In this document: positions 44,801-57,159 of the stretch, piece after piece | Position numbering within the stretch: the first letter of the stretch is position 1 | Layout of the letters: every line of letters starts with the position of its first letter | NCBI RefSeq assembly: GCF_009914755.1 | Contig: NC_060928.1 | Length of the DNA stretch: 64,000 nucleotides | Origin: the human T2T-CHM13v2.0 reference genome, Homo sapiens | Strand: one strand, 5' to 3' | Notes under the pieces: model-generated | What the model saw: only the letters and a program-made list of their open reading frames with translations | What the model was told of the DNA's origin: nothing | The model's database searches: none | Translations under genes and position numbers: made by a program

Positions 44801-46639
44801 TTTTTATAGATGAGAAATAATGTTCCCATAATTCTACAGCAAATAAGTGGCAGAGTCTGGGATGTAATATAGATTTTTCTGACAATAAAGCTCACCTTCT
44901 TTTATCCTTGCACATTACTTCTCTGCTAACTTTGCCAGCAAGGATAAAAGACTCTTCTAGCACCACAACTAATCACCTACAATCCATACCTGATAATTAA
45001 ACAAAATTCTCTCTTTACTATAAGCTCTCTTGTGAGTGAAGTGTCATAGTCACTGGTTTCTCTTCAGAGCTTGTTATAGTATCTATCACAGAATATTTAA
45101 TAATTTTGAAAAAGCAAACAAATAGTTTCATTCATTCTGTGTAAACTCCATAGGAATTAGTTAATTCTCTGCAAAATTCTAATTTTAATGAGAAATTTAG
45201 AAGTATGATGAGAATTAACATCCCTAATTTTTAATGCAATAAGGAAGAAAAAGGTAATTAACATTCTTAAGGCAAAGCTATACACTCAAGGTAAAGCTAT
45301 TAACTGATACACTCAAAATAACATTTCAGAGGTTTTGCATCGCTGGACAGGATAGAAGAAGAGACAAAGGGATGAGTGATTACTGTGATTTGTCAGTAAA
45401 ATATTTGTTTTACTGTCGTATTTTATCCTCTACTCTTCCTTCTGTTTTTTTCTAGATCTACCAATCTAGATAGTGCATACAGGACACCCATTCAAATGCA
45501 AGGCAATACAAGCCAATCTTTAGATTATCAGCTTTGGATTTATATTATTACTACAGTATACAGGACTGTTGGTTTACGATAGTTTGTCTTTGGTGTCCTC
45601 TTTCTAAATCCTATGTCCCTTTCTGTAGGATTTTGTCTAACATGCCTTTCCACGTGATATGCTGCCAGAAAGACATTTTATCTCCCTTGGTGAACCGATC
45701 AAAAGCTTAGACTCAAAAATGCTGAAATTGCTTCGTTTATCTGTCAGGACATTCAAACCTCTCTAAGGCCAGAAGCCAAAAGAGGGTTTGAAAGGGAAAA
45801 TGGTGTCAGAAATAGATCAACTTGACAGGATTTGCGACATTAAATCTCTCAGTTGCTGCAGAAAGGTCTAGAGTCTGTGAACCCCACTTAGTATCGTAGC
45901 AGAAAGCACTAGAAAATGCACATGGTGAAAGCAAACTGTGAGAAAACCAATCTATTTTGTCACTGAAAATCAATCATGTATCTCTTGCTTTTATGTCTTA
46001 CACACATTTGTTCATAAATCACATGTGATTAATTGAGCCATGCAACCATATAAGGAAGGGGTTTTGCAAAAATCTGGCCACTGGTTGCAGGGTCACCACC
46101 CTTCTTCCAGTTTCCATCCAACTACTTTAAATGTCTTTGTATCATCACATGTGGGCAGCTGCGAAGTGATCATCAAATGAGGCCTTCCAATCAGAGTACA
46201 GGATTGCAGAGGAAGGGAGCCCTCACGAAATCACTCCACATCTAACCTCAGAGCCTCATTGAACTCCTCCATTTAATATATTTACTTAATAATAATCAAA
46301 TACTGCTTATGCACAACACTCTTCTCAAATATTTTATATCTCCCCTCTCAAAGAAGCCTATTTTAACATGAGTGTAATCTTTCCAAGAGAACTAATTTAT
46401 TACATGTATAAAAATAGTTTAATTTGCATATTACTTCAATAATTTCTATTTGAAAAGGTGAATTCATCACATTCTGGGATTTTTTGGTGGAAAAATATGT
46501 TATAAAATATTAAATATTTTAATAGAAATTAGACTTTTCAGATTTTCTTTTTAGTCAATTTTAAGTTGCAATTATTAAGAAATTTATTTCTTCCAATGTT
46601 ACTGATTTAAATATTTTCAAAATAGACTTATTATTTTAT

Positions 46640-46915
46640 TTTTATTTTTAAATTTTTATATTTAAAAATTAAATTAACACCAAGTAATTGAACATATTTA
46701 TGAGGTACATAGGAATGTTATCATACATATTATGTACAGTTATCAGATCAGGGAAATCAACATGCCCAATATCACAAATATTTTTTATTTTTTGGGGTGT
46801 TAGGAACATTCAATATCCTCCCTCTAGCTACATGAAACTATATAATATATAGTCATTCTACAGTGCTATGAAACACTAGAGCTTAATCCTTCTATCTAGC
46901 TATAATTGCGTGTCA
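46640..46915 (-). mobile_element. L1MA/L1PB-type 3' end within older antisense L1 remnants (~46400-47450)
   Basis: T-rich tail, then aattgaacatatttatgaggtaca...aacattcaatatcctccctctagct...gaaacactagagcttaatccttctatctagct. Confidence 0.75.
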
Positions 46916-47983
46916 TTTTAATGCCTTAGGTCTGCCATGATATTTTTTGCTTTGCTACGCATAATAGTAATACATATTTTCTATCTTTATTTTCTGTGAA
47001 CAGATTTACTAGATTTCTTTTGTTTTAAAATGTTTAATTTTTCCTCATTCTAGCTTTGTCTTTACTGATTTTATTATATGGTTTTTATTTCATCATGGCT
47101 TTTTTGTTAATATTTTCTTTTTCTGTTTTTGAGGGGATGCATATGACATTCCTTTTCTACTTCCTTGAAATATGGTCTTAGAGAATTGAGATTCATACTT
47201 CTCTTCATATATGTATATTTCATATATATGGAAGCTGGTAAATGAAGTATATATATACTTCATATATATATACTTCTCTTCAAATACAGATATATTTATC
47301 TATATGTGTGTGTGTATATATATATATATGGCTCTGTAAAAACTTAAATAAAATAGTATTCTGATATGTAATTCAGTAATACTAAAATTTTCAAGAATTT
47401 AGCCAGACTTTTGAAAGCATTTGTTGGGGGTTTTAAAAGGTAAACATTGAAGAGCTTATTTCAGTATTTTGATGTTATTTCTACAGTAAAGGATTAGGGT
47501 ACAAAGGTATTTTGTAAATATTTTTCAACATAAAGATATATTTAATATATACTGCCTTGTATCTGTAAGAATAAAAACTTAATTTCTCAACTGATTTTTA
47601 CCATTTAAATGACATTTGTCCATTTACATTTTTGAAATAAATATACATGAAATTTGTATACATGAAGATAGAAGTTCATATTTAATCTTCTGATACTTTG
47701 TCCCTGAATTAATCAGCCCATTTATTATTTCAAAATGTTGGAATTAAATCTGAAATATCACTGACACCGTTCCTTTGAGAGAGACCATCAAAGCATTATA
47801 GGCATTATTAAAAACTGTGGGACAGTTAAATAGGGAGGTGGCAAATATTTCAGCAAGCAACTGTAACCAGAAGAGTTAAAATGTATGCTGATATTCAATT
47901 TATTTCTTTTTCTTCTCAATCACTTGCTGATGTAAATTGCCTGCCACATCACTTCTCATGCTACTCAGTAGTTAAAGATTTGT

Positions 47984-48250
47984 GGCCTGGCACAGTGGCT
48001 CACACCTGTAATCCGAATGCTCTGGGAGGCCAAGGCAGGAGGATTACTTAAGCCTAGTATTTAGAGACCAGCCTGGGAAACATAGGAGAATAGGGTCTTT
48101 ATAAAAAATTTTTTAAAAGTTTCTGGGCATTATGGCACTGGCCTGTAGTTCCAGCTACTCAGGAGGCTGAGGTGGGAGGATCACTTGTGCCTGAGATGCT
48201 GATGCTGCAGTGAGCCATGATTGCCCCATTGCATTCCAGCCTGGATGACC
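47984..48250 (+). mobile_element. AluJ, tail lost
   Basis: ggcaggaggattacttaagcc...gaggtgggaggatcacttg (J diagnostics). Confidence 0.88.
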
Positions 48251-48779
48251 ATTTATCTTTTTTTTCACCTAAGTTATAAATACTATTTGGTGATTATTGT
48301 GATTTAGTTTTTGCATTTTATAACCTATTATAGTAAAATGCACTGCTGTGATATTTGTTGATATTCTTTACATTTAAGGTTTTAGCAACGTATTCAAATG
48401 AAAATTGTTAAATGAAATTTGCTCTTTGTTTGCTAGCTTATAATGTTCTTTCTTATATTCAGAATTAGATTAACTCTTCATATATTTAGTACTTTAATTT
48501 TTCTATAATCTTAAATATATTACACAATTAATTGCCATGAAACATAGATTTACGACATCAGCTAAATGTGAATCTGTTCTTAAGCAAATTACTAATAATG
48601 GATTGAGTTTGTGATTTTCAGGGAAAACGGATTCCTTTACACATAGTAGTAACATTGGAATTTTGGAGGTCTCTATGACAGGAAAAACTACTGCAATTCC
48701 ATTCCTTAAAATAATATTGCCTGCAATATATGCAAATAATTGAAAATTTTTCCAAAGGGTGACATGGTCCCAGCAAGCC

Positions 48780-48930
48780 TGGTGTGTACTCCTTAGCTTG
48801 TGTTCTCCAGAAAACAGAGTCTGAAGCAAAGCCTTATCTGTTACATCTGTATTAGGAAACACAATCTCAGTAGTGAGGGAAAAGAGTTATGAGGTAGAAA
48901 AGGAGAGAGCCAATGCAATACCAAAGGGAT
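48780..48930 (-). mobile_element. ERVL LTR fragment (LTR16/LTR33-like)
   Basis: cttagcttgtgttctccagaaaacagagtctgaagcaaag resembles the antisense LTR end. Confidence 0.45.
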
Positions 48931-49262
48931 GGGAGTTGTTTAATCCCAGACAAGTACGTGTAAGAATCCATATGATGTATTGCATATCAGATACATCTGC
49001 CAGAGTGGAGGTGTGGATGATGGTGAGGAAGAAGAAAGAATGCTACTCTGTATTTCTGGATTACATGTGCTTTTCTTATCTGGTGAGTATGCAGTGTTTC
49101 ATGCCTTGGTAAGAGCAAAAAATTTTTTTTTAAAGATTTGGATAAAATAAGTGCTTTTTATAAGAATGAAACTAGGACTATGCAGTGTGCTAACCTAAAA
49201 CTATCAAGGCCCTTGCAGGGATGACTGCTTCAGTAGAGAATGACTATAGCAGAACAAGTTGT

Positions 49263-49425
49263 AGGCATGAGGTTGGGGTCAGGCAAGAGTCACTTGTCTC
49301 TTTTGCAAAATTTAAGGGTGCATTGAAAACTCAATAATAGAGATAAATAGCATTTAACATGATACTTAAAAAATAAAATTAATGCAAAATCAGTAAATAT
49401 AATATAGTTTAAACTAAAGACAAGC
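49263..49425 (+). mobile_element. MER96B-like hAT-Tip100 fragment
   Basis: ggggtcaggcaagagtcacttgtctc...gcaaaatttaaggg...aactcaataatagagataaata...aaaattaatgcaaaa. Confidence 0.65.
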
Positions 49426-51689
49426 TGTTATTTGTTAGATTAACTACTTTGAGTCATGCAAAAAAAAAAAAAAAAGCCAAAAAGCAGTAGTTTGCAATGA
49501 TCCAACATTTCCTGACCAATGCAGTCATCAGGATTTTTGCAGGGTAATTTGAAGAGGGTTGAAAATTGCCTACAAACAGATGAGGTAATTTGAGGCTTGA
49601 CATAAAGTCTTTTTTTTTTTTAATTGTAGAGCTCTCAGTAACTTTTGCCATTTGGTTGAAAATAAAGAAAAATATTTTGATAAGTATCTATATGACTGCA
49701 CATTTTTCCTTTTGTCTCAGATTCCAATATGACTCTACCTGGCCTGAACAAAAAAAAAAATGGTCTAGTGACAGGTGAGAACAATGAGATCTGAGGTGCT
49801 GCACATAAACTGTCTATAGCCCAACATGTCCACCTAATGTTTATCAGACCATCATGGCATCACTTTCTGTCGTTTGAAGTACAAAAGTAATACAACTCTT
49901 TCTCTGTGGCACGTACTATCTCAAATTACTTTAGAAATGATTCACTGTTGTGTTTTGTCATCTAAGAGTATTTGAGAAAATGTCTACTCTTACATGCTTT
50001 CATCCAGGAAAATCTTAACTTGAATATAAAGATAAATTATCCTATACTTGATTTAAAGCACAGGTGTTTCCCTGTCACCTTTTGTTCTGTCATACCTACA
50101 TCAGCTGTCTTTAAGTTATCTTCTTTGAAGCCCATGAAAAAATAAAAATGTACAGATGATGTTGTATTGCTTTGATTCTGTCACATATGCCTATGTTTTC
50201 TTCTCAGATAGTTTTACATTATCAGATAAGAAAACCTTGAAATTAAGTAAGCGTAGTAAAGGATGTGAAATATGACTTCCCTCTTTTCTACAGGTTTCAA
50301 CAGCCTGAACCAAGAAATAAACAATGAATGCCATTTACCTATACATCCTAGAGTTAACTCTGAACAAGTTCCAATACTATTAAGCTGCTGTTTAATAAAT
50401 AGCCTTATGAAAGATTATACATGAGAGGAGAGAGAGTGGAGAGTGACAACATCTTTAGACAGAGCTGACTGAGGGCTATGGCACGCCCTTTCTACTCCCT
50501 TTGGGGAGAAAAAAGGAGGATGCAGGCTGACCTCCAGCCAAGTGTGCCAGGTATAAATGTATTGCCAAATCCATCCTTATTTGCCTAGTCTTGTGATAAC
50601 TGAGCTGGGCCCTGCAGATATTCCTTCTTTGCCAGATTGCATAATGAAAGCATTTTCAATGAAAGGTGCTGGATGAACACTGTATGAAGAAGACAATTTT
50701 CTTACTGTTTAAAAGAGTTTGCTTGCTTGCTTGTTTTCCTTCTGTCTCTTACGGCACAATGAAAATGTTACCTCATCAGCAAGTGGGGTCTCATCAATGG
50801 GTGGCTTCCCTGACAGTGCTATGCAAGAGACCCAGTGGTACAAACCCCCCATCTGGTTTTGCCATTATCTTAGCAGGTGAATCCTAGTCAATACAGATGA
50901 CACTCCCATCAGAGAGCTTCATAGTCCCTCTTGCTGGCACAAGATTCCTAGTGAGTGTCTCTTGTATTACAGTGAAAAGCTGCCCAGTGTGTTTCCTTCC
51001 CACTGTCCCTGGTTTATGGCACCTCAACAAAGTTCTCCACCATGAGTGGGCTCCAAGCGCGCATTCTTCAAGTTCTGAATATATTTTCCATGATGGGATC
51101 TTTCTTCTATATTTGTTCTGTAAGCCCTAGAGTTGGTGGATGCTTCTTATATCAGCTATACCTATAACTTTTACAGTTCTGTTTATCTTAATAGGTAATC
51201 CCCTGCTACTAATTTCTTGAATAAAAATTCTCCTTCACATTATCAGTGTAGTTTCTGCCTGCTGACTGATGTACAAAGCACATAATACTTTAGGAAAACA
51301 TCCTTGATTACTCTGTTCTATATTCTCTTGAATCAATCACTTCCTAGCATAATAGATAATTTGCTTATGATGTGGTCATGGATAGCTGCAGTTTAGAACC
51401 TCTTTTTCTTTTTCTTTTTTCTCTGTCTTTATCAAATCCTTGCAATAGGGACTGGTTCTACTGCATTAAGTATGTATCCTAAATCACATGGCTTTTTCCT
51501 GTGTGTTTTACTTGCTTCACTTTCTTTGGGGAGACCTAGAATAATTTTTGTTCACTCTGTTCTGCTTCCATATAATTGCATCTCTTCCAACAGATGCTTT
51601 TGTTTATCATGATATATGAAGACGATTGCAACTAGCAAATATTTTTCCACTTCTGCCTACCCCGAGGAGACATTAGTGAGGTGGGCTAG

Positions 51690-52325
51690 CAGTATCATTA
51701 CAATGTTGAATAGGAGTGGTGAAAACAGACATCTTTGTCTTGATCCCAGTGTTAGGGAGAAAGCATTCAGTCTTATTATTAAGTTTGATGTGAGCTACAA
51801 GTTTTCATAGATGCATTTTATCAGTTTGAGTAAGTTTCCAAAGTATTATTAGTCTGTTGAGAGATTTTTGTTGTTGATGTTATTTGTGGTTTTTAATTAT
51901 GAAGTACTATTAAATTTTGTCCAAAGCTTTCTACCTATTTAGATCATCATATGGATTTTTGTTCTTTATCTTTGGATATGCTGAATCACATCAATTGATT
52001 TTCAAAGGCTCAACTTGTCTTCTTTGGATAAACCCTACTTGATCACCATGTATTATCTTTCTTATGTATTTCATATATATTAAAATTTTCTTAATGACAC
52101 TTCCCTTTACATTACTGAGTGATACTGTTTTCTTGGTATTTGTTTCTTTGGTTTTACTATCTGGATAATGCTGACTTCATAAATTGAACTGGTGATTTTT
52201 TTCTCCTCCTCCAGCTATTGAAATTTTTTGTCAGAAATTAACATTAGTTTTGTCTTAATTATTTGATTATATCACCAGTGAAGCCATCTTGATCTCAGAC
52301 TTACTTATGAAAAGTTTTTTAGAAT
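51690..52325 (-). mobile_element. Old L1M ORF2 fragment (antisense)
   Basis: acaatgttgaataggagtggtgaaaacagacatc...ccagtgaagccatct. Confidence 0.85.
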
Positions 52326-53827
52326 TATTCATTGACACATTTTACCTTATATAAGACAAAACAAAAGGGACTTTCTATACAGTAATTTAGTCCAAATGAA
52401 TACATAAAAAACACCAACAAAAATGCTTACATAGATAGAGTATAAATGTATTTTTCTTTGTAATTCTTTTCCTACATCATTGAAATAAAAACTGCATAAA
52501 GAAATAATTACAAAACATTGTTTATGTGTTTATATGTATATATAAATATATTAGACATAAATTATATGTATTATATATAAATATATAAAAATGCAACTTG
52601 TATGACAATAATAGCACTAAGTAGTGGAAAGAAAATAGAGCTAAATAGGAGTAAAATTTTTTAGTAATATTGGAATGAATTTGGTATTAATCTGAAGTAG
52701 GTTGTTATAAATTAAGTTGTAAATTTTAATCCCCAGAATGAGCTTTAAGAAATTAACTCAAAAAACAGGTAGTAAAAGAAATAACAAGGGAATTAAAATG
52801 GCTCACTACAGAATACTTAATGCAGATGAAAGAAATAATGGAAGAAAAGAAAAATAAAATAAGAAAAACATAGAAATAAACCAAAATAAATCCTACCTTA
52901 ATAAATAAAATAAATCCTATCTTAACAGTAATTACAGTGGATGTCAATGGAATAAACACCCATCAAAAGGCAGAGACTGCAGAATGTAGGGAAAGAAAAC
53001 AGGATCCAACTATACTCTATCTACAAGAAACACTTTAGTCTCAAAAAAAACACTACCAATATATTTTAAAGCATTAAAATAATACAGAGTATTTGCTTTT
53101 ACCATAATGAATTAAAATAAAAATCAACAAAAAGAAGATGATTTGTAAATTCATGAATATGTGCAAATTAAACAACACCATCCTAAATAATCAATGGGCC
53201 ATATAAAAAGGTCAAAAGAGGAATTATAAATACTTTTGACATGTGATCCAAATCCAGGAGCATATAAAAATAATTAAATACCATGTCCAAGTAGGATTTG
53301 TTCCCAGGTTACAAACTTGGTTCAACAAGTGAAAATCAATCAAATACAGCAAGTAAAATAAAGGACATCAATCACATGATAAACTCTACAGATACTGGAA
53401 AAGCATTTGACAAAATCCAACATCCTTATATGATGAAAACTCTCAACAAGCTAAAAACAAAAGAACTTTCTAAACTTAAAAAATGTTATCTATTTTAAAA
53501 ACAGCTAAAATCATACTTAAAGAAGAAAGACTGAAAACTTTTTCCCTGAGACCATGATTGAGACAAAGATGTTGACTGTTAACATTTCTTTCACCATTGC
53601 AAAATGGAGAAACTAGGCAAAACCATGAAAGACATATAAAGTGAAAAAGAAAAAGCAACCTATCTCTACTTTTGGGTGATAGAATTATTTATATTAAAAT
53701 TTTTTTTAAATATCCACCAAAGAAAACCCTAATGGAAATAATAAACAAGTTAAGCATAGTACAGGATACAAAATCATTATGCAAAGGTCACTATCATTTC
53801 CATACACTAGAAATAAACAATCTGAAA

Positions 53828-54050
<223 letters not shown>

Positions 54051-54890
54051 ATAGAATATTTACAATAAAATCAAAGAGGTAAAATACTTAAGAATAAAGT
54101 TATCAAAAAAGGTGTAGAACTTATACATTAAGAACTGCAAAATATTATTAAAATTAATTAAAGATGACCTAAGTAAGTGAAATGATATCCCATTTTCTTG
54201 GGTTGGGAGACTCAATACTGCTAAGACAACAATAGTCTCTGAAATGGTCTATAGATTCTGTGCAATCTCTATCACATTTGTAGTACCATCTTGTGTAGAA
54301 ACTGAAAAGAAAGCTAGTCCTAAAATTCATATGAAAATGCAAAAAACCAGGAAGAGCCAAAACAATCATGAAAAGGAAGAAAAAGCTAAAAGACTCACAC
54401 TTCTGATTTCAAAACTTACCACAAAACTACAGTAATCAAAAGTATTGGGCACTGCCAAAAAGACAGAGATAGAGACCAATGGCATTTAGAGTCCAAAAAC
54501 AAACTCGTACATTCATGGTCATTTTTATGATAACAAAATTTTGACAAGAGCATCAAGACAATTCAATAAGAAAAGATAGACTTTAACAAATGGTGCTTAG
54601 AAAACTAGATATCCTCACGCAAAAAAATGAAATCAGACCCCTACCAACACAAAAAAATAAAATGTAATAGCTAAATCTATACACGTCTTAGAAAAAAAAT
54701 AGGAATGTATTTTTATAACCTTGGATTTAGCAGTTGTTCCTTAGATATCCCCAAAAGCACAAGTGGAAAAAGAAAAACAGATTATTTAGACTTCATCAAA
54801 TTTAAAATCTTCTGTGCTTCAAAGGAAATCATCAATAAAATAAAAGTACAATCCACAGAGTAGGAGAAAATGTTTACAAATCATATATCT

Positions 54891-55703
54891 GCTCTGGTGG
54901 TAGTTTCTTTTGCTGTGCGGAAGCACATGAAAAATGCTCATCATCACTGGCCATCAGAGAAATGCAATTCAAAACCACAATGAGATACCATCTCACACCA
55001 GTTAGAATGGAGATCATTAAAAAGTCAGGAAACAACAGGTGCTGGGGAGGATGTGGAGAAATAGGAACACTTTTACACTGCTGGTGGGAGTGTAAACTAG
55101 TTCAACCATTGTGGAAGTCAGTGTGGTGATTCCTCAGGGATCTAGAACTAGAAATGCCATCTGACCCAGCAATCCCATTACTGGGTATATACCCAAAGGA
55201 TTATAAATCATGCTGCTATAAAGACACATGCACAGGTATGTTTATTGTGGCACTATTCACAATAGCAAAGACTTGGAACCAAGCCAAATGTCCAACAATG
55301 ATAGACTGGATTAAGAAAATGTGGCACATATACACCATGGAATACTATGCAGCATGAAAAAGATGAGTTCATGTCCTTTGTAGGGACATGGATGAAGCTG
55401 GAAACCATCATTCTCAGCAAACTATCGCAAGGACAAAAAACCAAACACCGCATGTTCTCACTCATAGGTGGGAATTGAACAATGAGAACACTTGGACACA
55501 GGAAGGGGAACATCACACACTGGGGCCTGTTGTGGGGTGGGGGGAGGGGGGAGGGATGGCATTAGGAGATATACCTAATGTTAAATGACGAGTTAATTGG
55601 TGCAGCACACCAACATGGCACATGTATACATATGTAACAAACCGGAACATTGTGCGCATGTACCCTAAAACTTAAAGTATAATAAAAAACAAACAAACAA
55701 AAA
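54891..55703 (+). mobile_element. Short L1PA4/5-like insertion with a 33-bp 5' inversion
   Basis: 15-bp TSD acaaatcatatatct (54876-54890, 55704-55718); 54892-54924 antisense; 3'UTR gttaaatgacgagttaat; (AAAC)n tail. Confidence 0.93.
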
Positions 55704-57159
55704 ACAAATCATATATCTAATAAGGTATTAGTATCCATCATATATTTAAAAACCCCTTACAACTCAGCAATAAAAAGACAAACTCAATTTAAAAATTGGT
55801 CATAGGGTATAAATAAGAATTTCTCCAATAAGGGTACAAATTGTCAATAGGCACATGAAAAGATGCTCAACATTACTAGTCATTAGGAAAATGCAAGTTA
55901 AAAATCACAATGAGACATCATTTCACATCCACTAGGTTGCTCATAAATTTTTTTTAAAAGGCAATAACAAGTGTTATAGAGATGTGGAGAAATTAAAACT
56001 CTCATACATTGCTAGTAGGAATGTAAATGATGCAGCCACTTTGGAAAATTCCTCAAAAAGCTAAACATAGAGTTATCATATAATAGGCCATTCTATTTGT
56101 AGGTATATAACGAAGAAAATTGAACACATTTACATTTAAAATGTTGTAAATTAATATTTATAATATTCCTTATAATATCCCCAAAGTGGAAATAACCTAA
56201 ATGTCCACAACTGATAAATGGATAAACATGTTGCATAACCATTTGATAAATTATTCATCCATGCAAAAAGAATGATACAGGTTACAAAATGAATGAAACT
56301 TGAAAGCATTATGCTAAATGAAAGAAGCCTGATACAAAAGGCCACATATTATAAAACTTAATTTATATGAAATGTCCAGAAGAAACGAGTTTATAGAGAT
56401 TGAAAGTAGATTTATGTTCTTCGGAGTTGGGGAGAGGACAGAATGGGGAATGATTACTAATATAGGGTTCTTTCTATCCTTTCCTCCTACCTTCCTTCAT
56501 TTTCTTCCTCTGATCCACAATATTTGTTTAGAACTTAAAATTTACCAGGTATTCATTTTGTAAGGTATTGAGAATACAGTGGTAAAAAATACATTGTCTT
56601 CAGGTTTGAGAAACTTAGAGCCTAATAAAGGAGTAACTTCTATTAACCTTGGCCTTGGTAATTTATCATCAGCCTGAAAAGCCCCTTAGAAATGAATCAA
56701 CTAAATATTGAATTGCATAATGATTCTCTACTTTTCTAGTTATTTGCTACCGCAATAATTTAAATATCTGCACCCTCCACAAACATTGTGTGCCAATAAG
56801 TCTTTTAGCTTCTAGATTGGACCTTTATTTATATACCAATCTATTCAAAATTATTGAGCACCCAATATAATTTAGGCTCTATGACAGACATTGGGTGAAT
56901 GATACTGGTCTGTAGAAATTATGCAAAGCATAGGATGTAGAAAGTTAAAGAAATATATACCATCAAAAATGTATGCTATGCACACAAATATCTCACCAAA
57001 ACAAAAACCATGCCATACTATAAAAAAGTATTGATGAATTATGATTTAAGAGCTAATTTTCACCTTAGTAGTTGAGTACCATTATTTTATTATCTGATAT
57101 CTATATTACCACTGTGAAAGCCTGCAATCAGTAAAAATATTCACTTGCAGATATAAAAA

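Noticed and set aside
50430-51275. Possible old ERVL-type LTR
   Set aside because: Only the 3' end (aataaa...ttctgcctgctgactgat) is suggestive; boundaries and family cannot be supported.
52883-52925. 24-bp-period duplication aaaataaatccta(c/t)cttaa
   Set aside because: A trivial slippage duplication inside a dead L1.
51690-53600. Back-to-back antisense/sense old L1 as a third twin-priming inversion
   Set aside because: Both pieces cover the same ORF2 region and no TSD is visible; separate insertions fit better.
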